Shown here: piece after piece, positions 24,132 to 37,904 of the stretch | How the letters are laid out: the number at the start of each line of letters is the position of its first letter | How positions within the stretch are numbered: the first letter of the stretch is position 1 | DNA from: Gracilinanus agilis | Taxonomy: Eukaryota | Direction: 5' to 3' | Assembly (NCBI RefSeq): GCF_016433145.1 | Contig: NC_058135.1 | Span: 167,403,055 to 167,467,054 of the forward strand | Length of the DNA stretch: 64,000 nt | Translations under genes and position numbers: made by a program | Notes under the pieces: model-generated | Told to the model about the DNA's origin: nothing | What the model saw: only the letters and a program-made list of their open reading frames with translations | Databases searched by the model: none

Positions 24132-27099
24132 TGTAAAAAGATACCAAATAGGGAATGGTCCTTTTAAAAATGACTCTCCTTGCATAATACCATTTCTTCT
24201 TGGGTTTTTATATTGATTTGGATTTTTATATTGATTTTTTGATTGATTTTATTTTGATTTTTTCATTTTATATGTTATAATATGAGTGAAACAAGTTGCT
24301 AGGCCATTTGTTGTTTGGTAAAAGTACAGAAAAAGAATTTAAAGTATGATTTGAAAACAATAAAATTGGTGAAAACATTTATATATATATGTCTAAGAGG
24401 TGGAAAAACCCACAGACATGGAGGCTAAATGCACTCACCTGCATGACCAAATATATGAGTTCATGGACAATGCCATTCCAGAACCCCTGCCTCCTACTTG
24501 GTGGTAAGGAATTTTCTGGATATTGTAATTCTAGATTCTACCTTTCTAGTCAAAGAAGGTGGTGCCTTCCTTGGGGGTTGCCTCATGAGTAACCCCAAGT
24601 TTGAGAGTGTAGGATCTGACTCTTTGGTCAAAGAAGAGGAAACTCCTGAATAGGAGAGAGAGAAATTTTATCATTAAAAAATATAATTAAGACAGAAATC
24701 ATATTCAGAAGCTTAGAGTTTAGCCCTGGCCAAAGATGAATGATCTGTTTTAGTCTCCTGGGATGCTTCTGTAAAACAAAGCGTCTGTACAAAGTGATCT
24801 TCAAGGATCTAAAATCCTACGATTCTATGAATGTTGAGTTGAGAATCTGTTTTTGACCCCATAAGAAACGGCTGCTTAGTTCAAACCCTAAAAGTCCTCA
24901 TTTCTGCCTTCAGTTATGGTATTCTTTTTCAGCAGGTTAACAGTTTCAGACATCTGTTGATGTTTTATTATCCACTGAAATGTCTGAAGTGGATAGTAGC
25001 TGAATGTGACAATTAATTTTGTTTTCCTTGATTATTTTCAGCTGCAGAAAGACCTTCATTTTAAGGGCCTCTTTTACATGGCAGATCTGTTTCACTTTTT
25101 AAAAAATCACAGTTATCTGTTGTTAGAGGACTTTTGGGGCAGCTAACCTTGGAAATACATTCTTGTTCTATGGGAAAAATAAGCTAGATTTTCTAACTTT
25201 CTCAGGGCACTCATGGCTACACTTTGTCATCAAGCCTTTCTATGAGGAGAGTTTCTTATTGATAGATTTAGGTAACTTTCTTGGAATGAAGGGGTTGATC
25301 TGCCTGACTTTGAATTTTCCTTTTAGCTTTGAAGTTCTAGGATTCTAAATAGATCTATTATTTTTATTAAAGCATGGGATTGTACACCTAGAACTAGAAG
25401 AGGCTTTAGGGGCTGTCTTGCCCCAACCCTTTATTTTTACATTTGAGAAAACAGGCCCCCAAAAGGGGTGTGTACCTAAGGTCCCACAGGTAGTGAGTGA
25501 ACAACAAAGGAGAGATTTGGACCGAGATTCTCTTAGTCTCGAACCACTGGTTTTCCACTGTCATTCAATAAATTCCATTTAAGAAAACTTGGGGCATCTA
25601 GTCCTGTCTTTCTTGTGCTTTTGAAAACTTTTTTTAAAGCTCTTAAAGCTTTCCCTCAAATTCAGTGTATTTTGGGACCCAAATGTGTAGAGGAAAGTTA
25701 TTTTATTATCAATATTTTGGTCAGACATAAAAATAAATGATTATAATTATTATTACTTTATGGCTTATACCTTTAGCATAGTGACAGTTATCTGGTTGGA
25801 ATCAGGCAAAGTTATCTCCCAAAGAGAGAATCCCATTGACTATCTCATCTAAAGGGAAAAGAAGAGCTTGCTCTTCATTAAGATGACCTTAATTGTCACA
25901 GAAGTGAAATAAGTCTAGCACATTTATCTTTTTTAACCTCCAGCCTCCAAAAAGAGAAACCTACAAGGCAGCTGGATTTACTTGGAGAGTAAAAGTTGAC
26001 TAAAGGTTATAATTTTGTTCTGAGTTCTGAATTGGGAAAATCCTGCTATATGGCAAAGGGAGCATTTAGGGTTCCAAAAAGAGCTCCTTGGACAGATAGC
26101 ACATGTAATGATTCTTTTCACTTTTCTTACACTTCAAAAACTTTTTTTTTCTGTTTTAGACAATATGAGCTAGAAAGAAGAAAAAAATTTTCTTCTTCCT
26201 CCTACCTCGTTTTAAAATTTTGTTTATTTTTTTTTTTTTGGTGACTGTTATAGAAAGAGGTTCAGGACAGAGAATTCCTTTAAAAGGTCCTTTGGATATT
26301 TAGTGCTGAAAGCAAGACACTGACAGTTACTTCTGAAGAATTCCGATGTTCTTACACACCGAATAAATCATGGTACCTTCACAACATAGACATTAAACTG
26401 TTTTAACCTGGACGTTGGTTTTTTATTACGTTCCATTTTTGAACAAATGAAAGGACAGAGTCACCAATGAAACTTGAATATTTTGACTACTTAGTTTTTC
26501 TTTGTATTTTATTGTGCATCCATTCTGGGAATGTGTGACTATGAAGTTTTGTAGAATACTTGATGCCTTTGGCTGTTACTTTTCAAAGGGAAAACTGTGG
26601 TCACAGCTAAGGGGTTGTTGGAAGCAAAATCATGTTCTGGTGTGAAGCGAGTGATTTAGTTTAGAAAAAGTGCACAAGTTATTCAAACTTGCTATGCTTC
26701 AGTGAAATGCCAGAAAACAGGATAAAAAGCCTTACTGAAAACCAGATGCTTGCTCCTTTTGCCCTGGGGATGAAAGACAACAAACAGTACAACAAAAGCC
26801 ATTTGACTGCAGCATATTTTTTGATGGGTTTATTTGAAGACATTATGCTAATATTATGTGGAATATGTAAATACCTAGTTTGAGAGATGAAGTTATTCCT
26901 TATTGAAGAAATCCACTTGATTATTTTTAGCAATTATGTTAACAATTAATTGAGAATAGTTAGCTAAGAGTTGGGTATTGAATTTTTGTAGATGATGGAG
27001 TGATAACTTTGCTTTCGTGACTTCAGAGTGGATGGATCAATGCAAATCCGTTATCATCGCTGGGAAAATAAGTAAAATCGCATGTCCTAAGGATGGTTG

Positions 27100-27620
27100 T
27101 TTCTATTGTAACCTTTGTATCTAATTCATCTCTCTGTCTCTAATTACTTCCTTTTCTTGTTTCATTCTTCATACAGATGCCAAATTGATTTTCCTCTGAC
27201 CATGCCATTCTACTGGTCAAAAAATTTCAGCAACCTCCATATTGCCAGCAAGATAAAATATAAAACTCATCCATTTGACATCTAAAAACCTTTACAGTCT
27301 AACTTCAACCTGCCCTTTTAGCTACCTTAGTCACTATGACACACTCATGTTTCAACCAAATAGATTAATTTGATGTTTCTAGCAAAAAAAACATTCATTT
27401 TCTACTACTGCTTTTTTTTTTTTTTTTGGTCCGTATATTCCCGAAGCTTAGAATGTTCTCTCTTCTGAATTGTGTTGCTTAGCATTCCTTTGTTCCCTTC
27501 AAGGCACAATTCAGTTACCATTTCCTTAAGGAAATCTTTTCTGTTCATTGGCACTTGTTAGCACCCTTTCTCCAAATTTTGTATTTATATTGTATTTTTC
27601 TTAAATTTACTTGTCAACAA
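27100..27620 (+). mobile_element. L2 3' fragment
   Basis: gccaaattgattttcctc...gtcaaaaaatttcagcaacctccatattgcc...cccttcaaggcacaattcag. Confidence 0.6.
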
Positions 27621-27989
27621 ACCTGCTGAACACAAATTGGAAGAAAAACTGGAATTCCATAAATAACTTTCAGAGATAGGTAAAGTGATAGTAGTAGGAG
27701 CCCTTTCCCACAATAACTATAATTGTCAAGGCTTCTCTAACTAGGGATGGAAAGATTCCATTTGGTATTCTATTGAAGAACATGGTATGTTTCAATGATG
27801 TTAATTCCTTCATGATACTGGGCTTTTAGATGGTCTCTGCTGTTTTATTGCTATAATCTTCATTTTAATCATAAATATTTTTCCTTCAATCTATATAAAT
27901 ATTTTGTACCTTGGTATCTTGTTTACCCTCCTTTCTAGCTGTCTTCTCCACTTTGGGTGAATTGAAACTGCACAAGAAGGCAGTATTTA

Positions 27990-30230
27990 ATGGGGTCCTT
28001 CAAATGAAGTGGAAATAATGCCATTGCTTCTATCTTTGGTTGCAGAGCAAATATAAGACCACTGTCACCTAAACATTCTTTATGAACTTTTTGGTTAAGG
28101 GAACTAAATATATTTGACTTATTTTCTAACCATCCTTGTAATGTGGACTGTGGCATAAATGCACGTTTTATTATTTTCTTCATGTTCCAGACTGGGAAAT
28201 TGAGATGAAGATAGGTAAAGTCACTTATCCTATGAGTGGTAGGTGGCAAACACTTTGGTTAATAGACCAGTTTTCTGAGTCAGACTGGCACTTTTTTCAC
28301 TTAGCAGCTCATCTTCACAATTTGGCTAACATATAATTCTACCAAAGTGTATTGAAAAATGGAAAATCCACTGAATGAGACAATAAATATGGTTGTTATT
28401 ATTACACAATAGATAAGATCATTTGGCATAACCATTTATGGAGTTCTTGATGGTAAGAACATGGATTAAAGAAAAGTATAGAAATTCTAGATTATACAAG
28501 ATGCTACTATTAGTACAAAATATACATATATATGTGCACATTTACTAAATAGTTCTTATATACTAGGTATCAACCCTTCTCCCAATACAGATATATCCAT
28601 ACCATATGTCACCCTCCCCCAACCTATTTATATACATATACATGCCATATGTCAATGAAAGAATATTTTGACCCTATTCTTAATAGCTGTAAATCTTATG
28701 AAGGATGCAGGGTTTTAAAACTTCATAGGGTAAATATCTGTGTTTTATTAAAAGGCATTTTCCCATGGGGACATATCCTGCCAAATTGTATGTGTGGTTG
28801 AGTTAAGATAAAATAGTCCAGAAGAAAGAAAGAAGTGACAGCTAAATGGAAGTATGGCTTATAGATTCTCATTGGAGGGGCAAACAAAAGATCATTTTTA
28901 TCATATGCCTGAGGTTACTCAGAACTGTACAATTTTTGATAAGTATTTGCAAAAAGATTATGAAAATGATTGTAGCTTAGACATTGCTATCTGTTGCAGA
29001 GGATAAAGTAAAGAAATTCTATGAAGATCCTAAAAATTAAATTACATATATTTTGATTCTCAATGACTTAAGGGCAAATTGCAGGAATATTTGAAGATAG
29101 CGAGGATACTTTGTTAAATATTAATTGGGAATAAAGATGGAAAATATTAATTGGAAATAGAGGTGAAAGACATAGATTACTCAGAAATGTCATGCCTATA
29201 TATTATGAGTGCTTTCTTTAAAAGAACTGGAAGGAAGTTAATATAGCAATGGCCAAATAAAATCAAAAAATGAAACTGATTCTATTTTGAGGGACAAAGG
29301 ATGATTTGTTATTGATATGGTAATTATTTCTGTATCAAGTCTTTGCATACATTCAAAGCCACTAACTTAGAATGAAGATCAAAATTAAAACAAAGCTTAA
29401 AGAGATCAGGAATAAGGAAAAAGTCATGGTATACAACTAAAACAATTAATTGTGACCTGCTTTAACAAGATATTTATGCTGAAAAATAGGATATCAGTGG
29501 AAGAAAGATATATGCAATGATCATAATGATTGCATCTCGAAATTGAAATCATATAAATTAGTTGCCAGAAAGTGAAGACCTAAAGATTCTAAAACAAACC
29601 AAAACTCTAGAGAGACATGGAAGGCAAAGGCAGCATCAATGAAAAATGAAAATGTTTGTAAAATCTTAGAGAATAATTATGGAAAAATGTGAGCAGGATT
29701 AAGTTTCAAAACAGAGAGAGTAGTAAAGAAACAGCTAGTTTAAAGAAAGTTTAGTGAGATACAAATAAGCACAGTCACCCTGTAAGTATTTGAGACTGGA
29801 AATGGAAGGACAAGCAACAAAAGAAAAAATACAAAAAAAATTCAAAGATTTTTTTTTAACAAACATTTTCACTTCCAAGGACAATCAGGTTATTAACTTT
29901 GAATCTAACATCCAAGTAGTATTTGTGCTTATAGAAGATGCAGAAATGGCACTAGAGAGAATAAAGGTGGGGACAAGAGCTAGATTAGACTAAATGTCTA
30001 ATAATGAGTTTAATGCTCAAGACAACACTCTTATGAAGATATTGAGGGATTAATTAATAATATACCAGAAGGAAAAGACACCCAAAGTGTGGAAAAACCT
30101 CAGACCTTATTAATATGCAAAAAGACAACAGAGGATGGTCAACAACTACCAATCTACATGTCTACTTTTCTATTTATATAGTTTCATTAGAGCCAAACAC
30201 ACATACATGCAGGTTGTGGAGAATTTTGTG
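27990..30230 (+). mobile_element. Heavily degraded RTE LINE (endonuclease to early RT)
   Basis: Stop-riddled motifs ANIRPLS (LNVRTLS), AEDKVKKFYED (xEVEKFYEEL), KNETDSILRDK..VIDMVII (KNEIDYIL..VTDVxVI) and a YxPICLL-like segment near 30140. Confidence 0.65.
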
Positions 30231-30919
30231 TCTTCAATTTTATTTTGTTGAAAATCATTGAGAAGAAAAGGAGTAAGGAAAAGGCAGGCTTTCATAAATT
30301 ATATTACATATCAAACTCCATCTTTTTAGTAACACATTGACTGAAAGATGTAGAGAATACCAAGACCCTCTGTTATTATTCTTTGACAACCAAAAAACCT
30401 CATTAGAATAAAATAATTTCTATTTCTTCCATCCTTTTGGACATCTGTTGATTAATTTGTAAAATGTGGGACTTGACCTATATCTTCTCTTAGGTCTCTT
30501 TGAACTCTAATCATATAATTCTAACACTCTGGGAGGCACCCACATTTTAGACTGTTCCCAATTCTTTTAGCTAAAATATAACATTTCATTTTTCATTCTT
30601 ATCCTGTTTAGAAAAGGATGATAAATGAGTTTAGTAACTTCTGGCTAAAATAATGAATAAGTCTGCTTGCTTTTAGGTAGCAATACTTCAGTCATTACTT
30701 ATAATTTTGTAAATGTTAATTCATTCTCATAACATGTGAAGTATTAGCTATTTTATGTTAAATGTTAACTAGAACATAACAATGATAAAATCAGTACTAT
30801 TTTTAAGTTGGAAAAATTATACTAATTGGAAATTCTATTTTGTGGACTTCCACTGGCTCTTTCCTAGGAACAGGAATTCATAGCCTGGAATTGGGTAGCT
30901 TATTAATAATAATTCTATT

Positions 30920-32022
30920 ATCAAAGGATCAGGAGCAATTTTCCATAGCAAAAAATTCAACACATAGGCATCTGACACTCATTATGTCTAAAATGGAATT
31001 CATCATATTTCGCCCCAAATTCACTCTTTTTCCAAAGTTGATATCACCACTCATCTAGTCATCCAGTTTTATAAACTGAGAGTCCTCTTTGATCATTTCC
31101 TCAACCCTTAAATAAGATCTTTTTTAAGTCAGGGGATATTTGAAAGGATAATGACAGAGATGTCTTGTCTACTTCTGACTGACTGTGTGTGAGGTCAGTA
31201 TTTGGGGATAAAGAAGGCACAGACTGCTTCAGAGATGAAAGAATCTTGCCCTTTTCTAAATCAGTGGCAGGCTTAGGCTCACAACCTAGCTGGACTCCTC
31301 ACTTTCTCTCACCCTCTATATTCAGTTTCTTGAACACCCCCTTCTCTCCTTTGACACTGCCATCACTAGTGCAGGTCCTCATCTACTTTTGCAATATCTT
31401 GATGGTGGATCTGCCTGCCTCAAGCCCTCTCCAATCCATCTTCCATTCAGCCACCAGATTCATTTTCCTAAAGTGTAAAGTCAGACTGTTGTTACTGCTC
31501 CTCCCATCACTTAATAAACATCAGTGGCTCCCTCTTGCCTCTATGGTCAAATGCAAAATTCTCTGTTGTTCAAAGCCTTTCATAAACTAGCCCCTTCTTA
31601 CCTTTTTCAGTCTTCTTACACCTCATTTCTCAATAGTTAGTCTTTGATCCAGTGACCCTGGTCTCCTGAGCGTTCTATGAATATTTTCTCTGGCTGTCTA
31701 CCATGCCTGGGATGTTCTCCATCCTCCATGTTGACTACTCAAACTCCTGGCTTCTTTTAAGTCCCAACTAAGACCCTACCTTCTACAGGAAGCCTCTCCT
31801 AACCCTTCTTAACTCCAGCATCTTCCCTCTCTTAATTAGTTCTTGTTTATACTGTATGTGACTTTGTATATATTTGTTGCATATTGTTTCTCCCTCTCAA
31901 CCCAAATTACTCTGAAAACTCCTTGAGGGCAGGGACTGTTTTTTTGTGCATTTTAATAATATCTCCAAAGCTTAGCACAGTGCCCGACATGTAGTGGGCT
32001 CTTCATAAATATTGATTGATTG
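30920..32022 (+). mobile_element. L2 3' portion with tail
   Basis: ggcatctgacactcattatgtctaaaatggaattc...ctccttgagggcagggactg...cttagcacagtgcccgacatgtag...aaatattgattgattg. Confidence 0.8.
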
Positions 32023-32383
32023 AAATCGGGCACATCATAGACTATACCTCAGCTCTGGTACCATCCTATCTTTTTGGCAATATCTCATACTACATTTTCC
32101 TGTATACTCTGTATTTCAAATGGTGAAGACTTATGTGTCATCTAAATATTTTATCTCCCAGTCTAGCATTCAGGATGTTGTTTCCCATATTGTAGATACT
32201 TAAAAAAAAGATTGTCGAAGATCAATTTATCTAGTATCTTGCTATGTAAAAGCTATGAAAATCTGTTGTAATTCCATAAATCTATACAGAAACGTTATTG
32301 TGGTCTTGAGGCTTTCTTACTATATCCATACATCATGATCTATGTCTTCCCTGCTTTTCTGAAAGAATCATTCAACATATTTT

Positions 32384-32427
32384 ATTTTTTAATTTTAATT
32401 TTGAATATTTTCCCCTAGTTACATATT
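32384..32427 (-). mobile_element. 44-bp extremely 5'-truncated L1 insertion
   Basis: ttgaatattttcccctagttacata matches the L1 3' ends at 43005 and 45300; TSD tcattcaacatatttt (32368-32383) and tcattcaacacatttt (32428-32443). Confidence 0.75.
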
Positions 32428-32739
32428 TCATTCAACACATTTTAAAGCATGCTAGTTCAATAAACCTTCATCTCATACTCTATGCCAGGCAGACACTGTG
32501 CTGGATATTGGGGCTAGAAGGTCAAGAAACAGTTCCTGATCTCAAAAAATTTAAAATATTTTATTGGGAAAACCAACTTATAAGTAGAAAAATTAGATGC
32601 AAAATATTTAGAAAATAATTTCTGAGAAGAGGACTCATATGAAAGGTAGTTTAAAAACCAGAATAAAGGCTCCAGAAACACAATGGGTATGACAGAGTAG
32701 AATAGGGACATGGAATTTTAGTTCTTTAGGCATTGGGAT

Positions 32740-35700
32740 ACCATGGCTCAGAAGCATATAATGTTACTGGAAGAATATTGATATTTTAACATCAAGATGG
32801 GTCTGTGTATCAGGGAGAAGCTTCAGGTCATTGAAAGTCCCAAATAATGTCTGAAATACAATCATGTTCTTTTCCTCCTGTTCACTTTTGGTCCTAGCTT
32901 ATTGTCCACTCTCCACACCTGTCCTAGTTATACCCGTTGATGGTCAAGTTCTAGGGAAAGTTCATCTGACTGCGTATCGTCTTCTGTAGGATTTCTTCAT
33001 TTACTTGACGTGGATAGTCAGTCTAAACTATTTTGGATGATTATGAATCTCATTTAGGAGGTAATACAGTGTCCTAGGGTTGGAGGCAAATAACATTGTT
33101 GTCTGCAGAAAAAGGAATGTGAAAGACCTCCCCATCTCTAGAGAATATTTCTTTAATTTAATAATTCTTTAACTAAATCTTTAATTTAATCTGAAGTGAA
33201 TAGTTAGAAACATACCTGTGGAGTATTTGTCCCCTCTTTGAAGCCTCATTTGATATTAATAATCCAAGGACTCTCAAGCAAAGTCGTCTTTATATAATAA
33301 TTTGTAGGGTGGTGATAAGTGTTGCTTTAGTGAAGTATGGTCAAAATCTCCACCATACAGAATTCACATATCTTACCTGGGAGGGTCAACATCCCACTTT
33401 TTTCCTGGGTTGACTCACTCCAACCTGCTTTCTCATGCTAGCAGGTCTAAGTTCCTAGACTTAGCACACTGCCACATGGTGACATTCAAACTCTTAAGTC
33501 CACAAGGTAATCTTGTTGAGCAGAAATACACTTTTTTTTACATATTTCTTTCTCTTAAAATCTAATCCAATGAATTTCTTATTCACATCACAAGCCATTA
33601 ATAATAATGACACTTTTGGAGCTTGTACATAATTATTCACTAAACAAAATTCTTTTTCCACTCCTTTTGGGTAGTAAAATGTTCATCTCTAACAGTAGCA
33701 ACATACATATATTTGACATTTAACAGAAATCTCTTCTTTAATGCAAATGCATTTTTCTTCTCTTTTTTTGTCACTTAATTTTAAAGGGGACCTTACACAT
33801 CTTTTAAGGAATTATGTGTGATTTTTGACACATGCTTTAGAGGCACTTTGGGAGAAGAACATTCAAGGATGGATTTTGCCTACCCAAATCAAGAGTAAAA
33901 AAAAAAAAGAAAGTACATTGAGATATTGTAACCATTAAAACTTACAGTGAATTGTGTAACTGAAAATAGTTATCCAATGATGTTTGCAAAAGGTTTCCTT
34001 TCTTACCTTTATCAAGGGTACCCTTGAAGTGAATACAAATTATATTCACAAAATCTTCGAAGAGAAGGGAAACCAGATGTGAAGATTAATACTTTCTGTC
34101 ACGTCTTTATTTTTATAATAAGGTCCACATATTTTTCATCACATTTGGCATTCTCCTCTACCTTCTTCCAATAGTGAGAAGTCGTCCCTCAACACTTTCA
34201 CAATTTATTTCCTCTAGAATTGACATCTGTGTACACTGGGTTTGGTCCACAGTCATGGTCAGTGTTATAATGTTAATGTGATTAATTTTTGGATGGCATA
34301 ATGAATAATTCTAAAGCAAGAGAAATCCTTTTGGGCAAATGTGGTCAGGGAATCTTTCATGGATGGCTCAATTTGGATCATTTTGTAGAATTGTAGAATT
34401 TGAGAGTTGGATGGGACCTCTGTGGTCATCTAGGTCTATCCAGACTCAAGGAATTTCTCACTTTAACTTGACAAATGGTTGTACAGTCTCTGCTTGGAGA
34501 TTTCCAAGGAAGGGGAAATCTACTACCTTTTTAAGGAACCATTCTACTTTTGGACAACTCTAATGGTCTGCAAACTTTTCCTAATATCAAACCTTAAGTT
34601 CTAAATTGGGGAACTCAGAAATCTGGCTTGTTGAACCTCTATTGTTTTCTTTGAATATGGGTTAGTAGCCTAAGAAATCTTGAGCTAGGACAGAAGTGGA
34701 TCTAGCAATGATTACCCTAACCCAAAGGACAGTTTCCTGAAACTGAATGAAAACTGATTTCCAAACTCTCTAGGCTCTTAGTGGTTTATGACATAGATTT
34801 TCCATAAATACAATGTGGCTTTGTATCTCTCCATCATTTTTTTCTCACAGTTTTTAATAAAATAGAGATCTTAATTTTTTTGTCCCTGAATAGGGTCCAT
34901 TACCATGACTCACTGGCTTTTAATCTCAGTAGGGTTGGATGGGGGTAGTGCTTCAAGTAGAGCTGCATATACCCCATTTTTGGGTGGAAGAAGGTTCTGA
35001 AACTTCTGTGTTGACAGGCCTTCTGTGCCCATGGGTCAATTTAATGCTTCTTTATACAATCTGATCTTTTTGTTTTCTTTATCCTTGAGTAGAATTTGAC
35101 TGTGTAACTGATGGAGTAGAAGTATACTTATACCCTTGCTATATAAGAATTGTGGACAGAAAACCATACAATAAAATTCTCGATTAATAGAAATCATTAC
35201 TGGTATAGATGTTAAAAATCTTCTAAATCCCATCACAGATATAAAACAGTAAGGATACTCAGAGGCCAGATAGTCCCCCATACTCTCCTTTAAGTTGAGG
35301 AAAAATTAAGGTCTGGAGAGATTAGATGACTTGCTCTAAGTTATCCATTTAATAGAAATGGTGGGGTTTGAACCCAGTTCCACTGATTCCAGGCTGACTA
35401 TGCCTACTACACCAAATCTTTTCCACTTCTGGGATTCTGTTAATTTATTTTTTCTTTTCCTTTTTTTCCAAGGTAAAATTAATTACCAGGGATTTACTTT
35501 TTTAAAAAAAAAGTACCACAAAAACAATCTTTTAGAACATGTTCTGGATTCAATGCAGAATCAATCATAACTCCCACATCTTCACATGTACCTTCAAAAC
35601 TGCTTAGTGATCATTGATGTTTAGAATGATGACCTCAGAGCCCTGCCAGATCCTCAGGTATCAGAGAAAAAATTCAGCATCATGTACATTCTATTTGTCT

Positions 35701-36050
35701 TACTAAGGCAAAAAAGTGCACTCTTTTAAAGAAGATTCCAATAACAAAAAGCATTCATTAGTTAACCAAAAAATTCAATTAAACAGAACATTGAGAACTC
35801 CAATTTATCAAAGTTTAGCTACATGAACCGCAAGAATTGTGTAAGCACACATTTTTTCTTCTTAGGATAAAAAATTTCAAATAATTGTCTTGAGTTAATT
35901 GTTTTCTTGTTACTTATAGAAACTAAATATCTTGGGAAAGGGCAGGGAGAATGGATACTAGTCTTGATCTCACTTAGAGCCAACATCCTCAAGACATCTT
36001 GGTTTGTATAATTTTTGTCTCTTACCAAAGCTCATTTAATGCACTAAAAA
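32740..36050 (-). mobile_element. Heavily degraded RTE LINE (EN and RT), with later insertions
   Basis: Minus-strand motifs in order: KIRLYKEAL (EKFYEEL), CIHFKGTLDKG (IEGILDEG), a IINIKRG..QGD-like segment, and a (L)FADD-like segment near 33100. Confidence 0.65.
34393..34595 (-). mobile_element. L3/CR1 3' end
   Basis: gtagaatttgagagttggatgggacctc...gcttggagatttcc...ccattctacttttggacaactctaat...aaacttttcctaatatc. Confidence 0.65.
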
Positions 36051-37904
36051 GTAATATGAAATTAACATTCAACGAGCAAAAGAATTTGTGTGAATGACAT
36101 ACCAGGTAGTACTTCTGTAGTCATCCTAATTTTGAATGCTTAACATTTATGTGCTCAGCTTTAAATTCAATTCAAGAATTTATCAAGCACCTGTTATGTA
36201 ACAGGCATTGGGATTTTGAGGAAAACATAAAAATAGTTTGTCCTTGAGGGATTTAAGTTCTACTGAAGGAAACAACAAAGTCACAGATATGTAAATATGA
36301 CATATTTAAATATGTAGTAATTAGTAATTGAGGGAGGAATCACTGACTGTTCTGGGGACAGTTCATCCTCGAAAGGATCTAGGGACTCCAAGAAGCAGAG
36401 ATGAAAAAGGAGAACATTCTAATCACAAATTATGCAAAGGTTGTGCACAGACTGTAAGTGAGCCAATTTGGCTGGAAAAATATTAATCCAGTCTAGAAAC
36501 TTGTAGGGAGTTAAGGTGAAACCTTGGAGTTGATTTAATTTTAATTTCTCTACATTTAGTGATTTGGAACATGTTTTCATAGAATGATTGATAGTTCACA
36601 ATTCTTTTGAGAACTGTTCAAATCCTTTGGTGATTTATCTATTGGGAAATAGTTTGTAGTCTTATATATTTGTGACAGTTCCTGATTTGTTTTAGACCTC
36701 AGACTTGCTAGTGAAAAGTGACGCAAATATATTTCTTATTTTCTCTTTTTATTCTTTTTACTACTTTTGTTCAAAAACTTAAAAATTTTATATAATTTAA
36801 GTCATCTGTTTTTTTCCTTTGTGATTACTTCTCTTTTTTTCTTGGTTAAGATTTCTCCCCCATGTAACAGTTTTGATTAGTATCTTCTTTTCCTCTTTAG
36901 TTTTAAAAATGATGTGACTGTTTATCTTCAGGAAGAACATCCATTTGATGCTTGTTATGGTATATAAGGTATAAAGTACTGGTCTAAAACTATTTGCTGC
37001 CAACTTCCTTTACAGTTTCCCCAGAAGTTCTTGTCAAATAGTGAGCCTTTTTCTAAGAGTTTATGTTCTTTAGTTAGAAACAATAAACTCACAGCCTAAT
37101 GGGAGAGAGAATATGCAAGCAGCTATGTGCAGACAAAGTGCATGTGTGTGTACTCACACACAGAAGATAAATTGGAAAAAAAATCTCAGAAGAAAGACAC
37201 AACTGTTAAGGGGGACTGGAAAAAAGTTACTTGCAGAAGACAGCATTTTACTGGGACTAGTTATGGAAGTCAGGAGGTGGAGGTGAGGAAGGAGAGAATT
37301 CCAGGTATGGGAGACAGTGAAAAGGCATAGAGTTGGAATATAGAATATTTTGTGCAAGGAATAGCAAGGAGGCCAATGTAATGGGACCACAGTATTCATG
37401 GAAGGGACTAAGGTATAAGAACACTTAAAACATAGGAAGGGGCTGGGTTATCAAAGGCTTTAAAAGCCCAAAGTTTCCTATTTGACCCTGGAGGTAAGGA
37501 AGAGCCATTGGACTGTACTGAATTAGGGTGACAAAGCCCTTGATTATAGGAAGATCAGTTTGACAGTTGAATGAAAGGTGGGATGGAGTGAGGATAGACG
37601 TGAGATAAGAAGATCAACCAAACTAAGGTAATGAAGTCCTGCATAACAGTTGTGTTAGGAGGAAAGGGAGAGATGTTATGAAAGTAGAATCAGCAAATGT
37701 TACTGAAGATAGAATCTCAAAGCAGATTAATTATGGAGTGAGAGAAGGATGGTGAGGACTTAAGGGTGGCATCTAGGTTACAAGTTTGAAAGATTGTGAG
37801 GATGGTAGTACCTTAGACAATTATAAGGCAATTCCAATCCAATAAATATTTATTAAATGCCTACTATGTGCTCGGCACTGTACTAAGCACTGGAGATAAT
37901 TATT

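Noticed and set aside
24945-24999. Two mutually exclusive hairpins (ttcagacat/atgtctgaa and tatccact/agtggata), possible miRNA or snoRNA
   Set aside because: 8-9 bp inverted repeats are expected several times by chance in 64 kb of AT-rich DNA. It is not pre-miRNA-like and has no canonical box C.
34007-34110. Minus-strand KVLIFTSG (SNF2 motif IV-like) with a GTAAG donor
   Set aside because: All frames have stops, and the segment lies collinearly within the RTE RT remnant.
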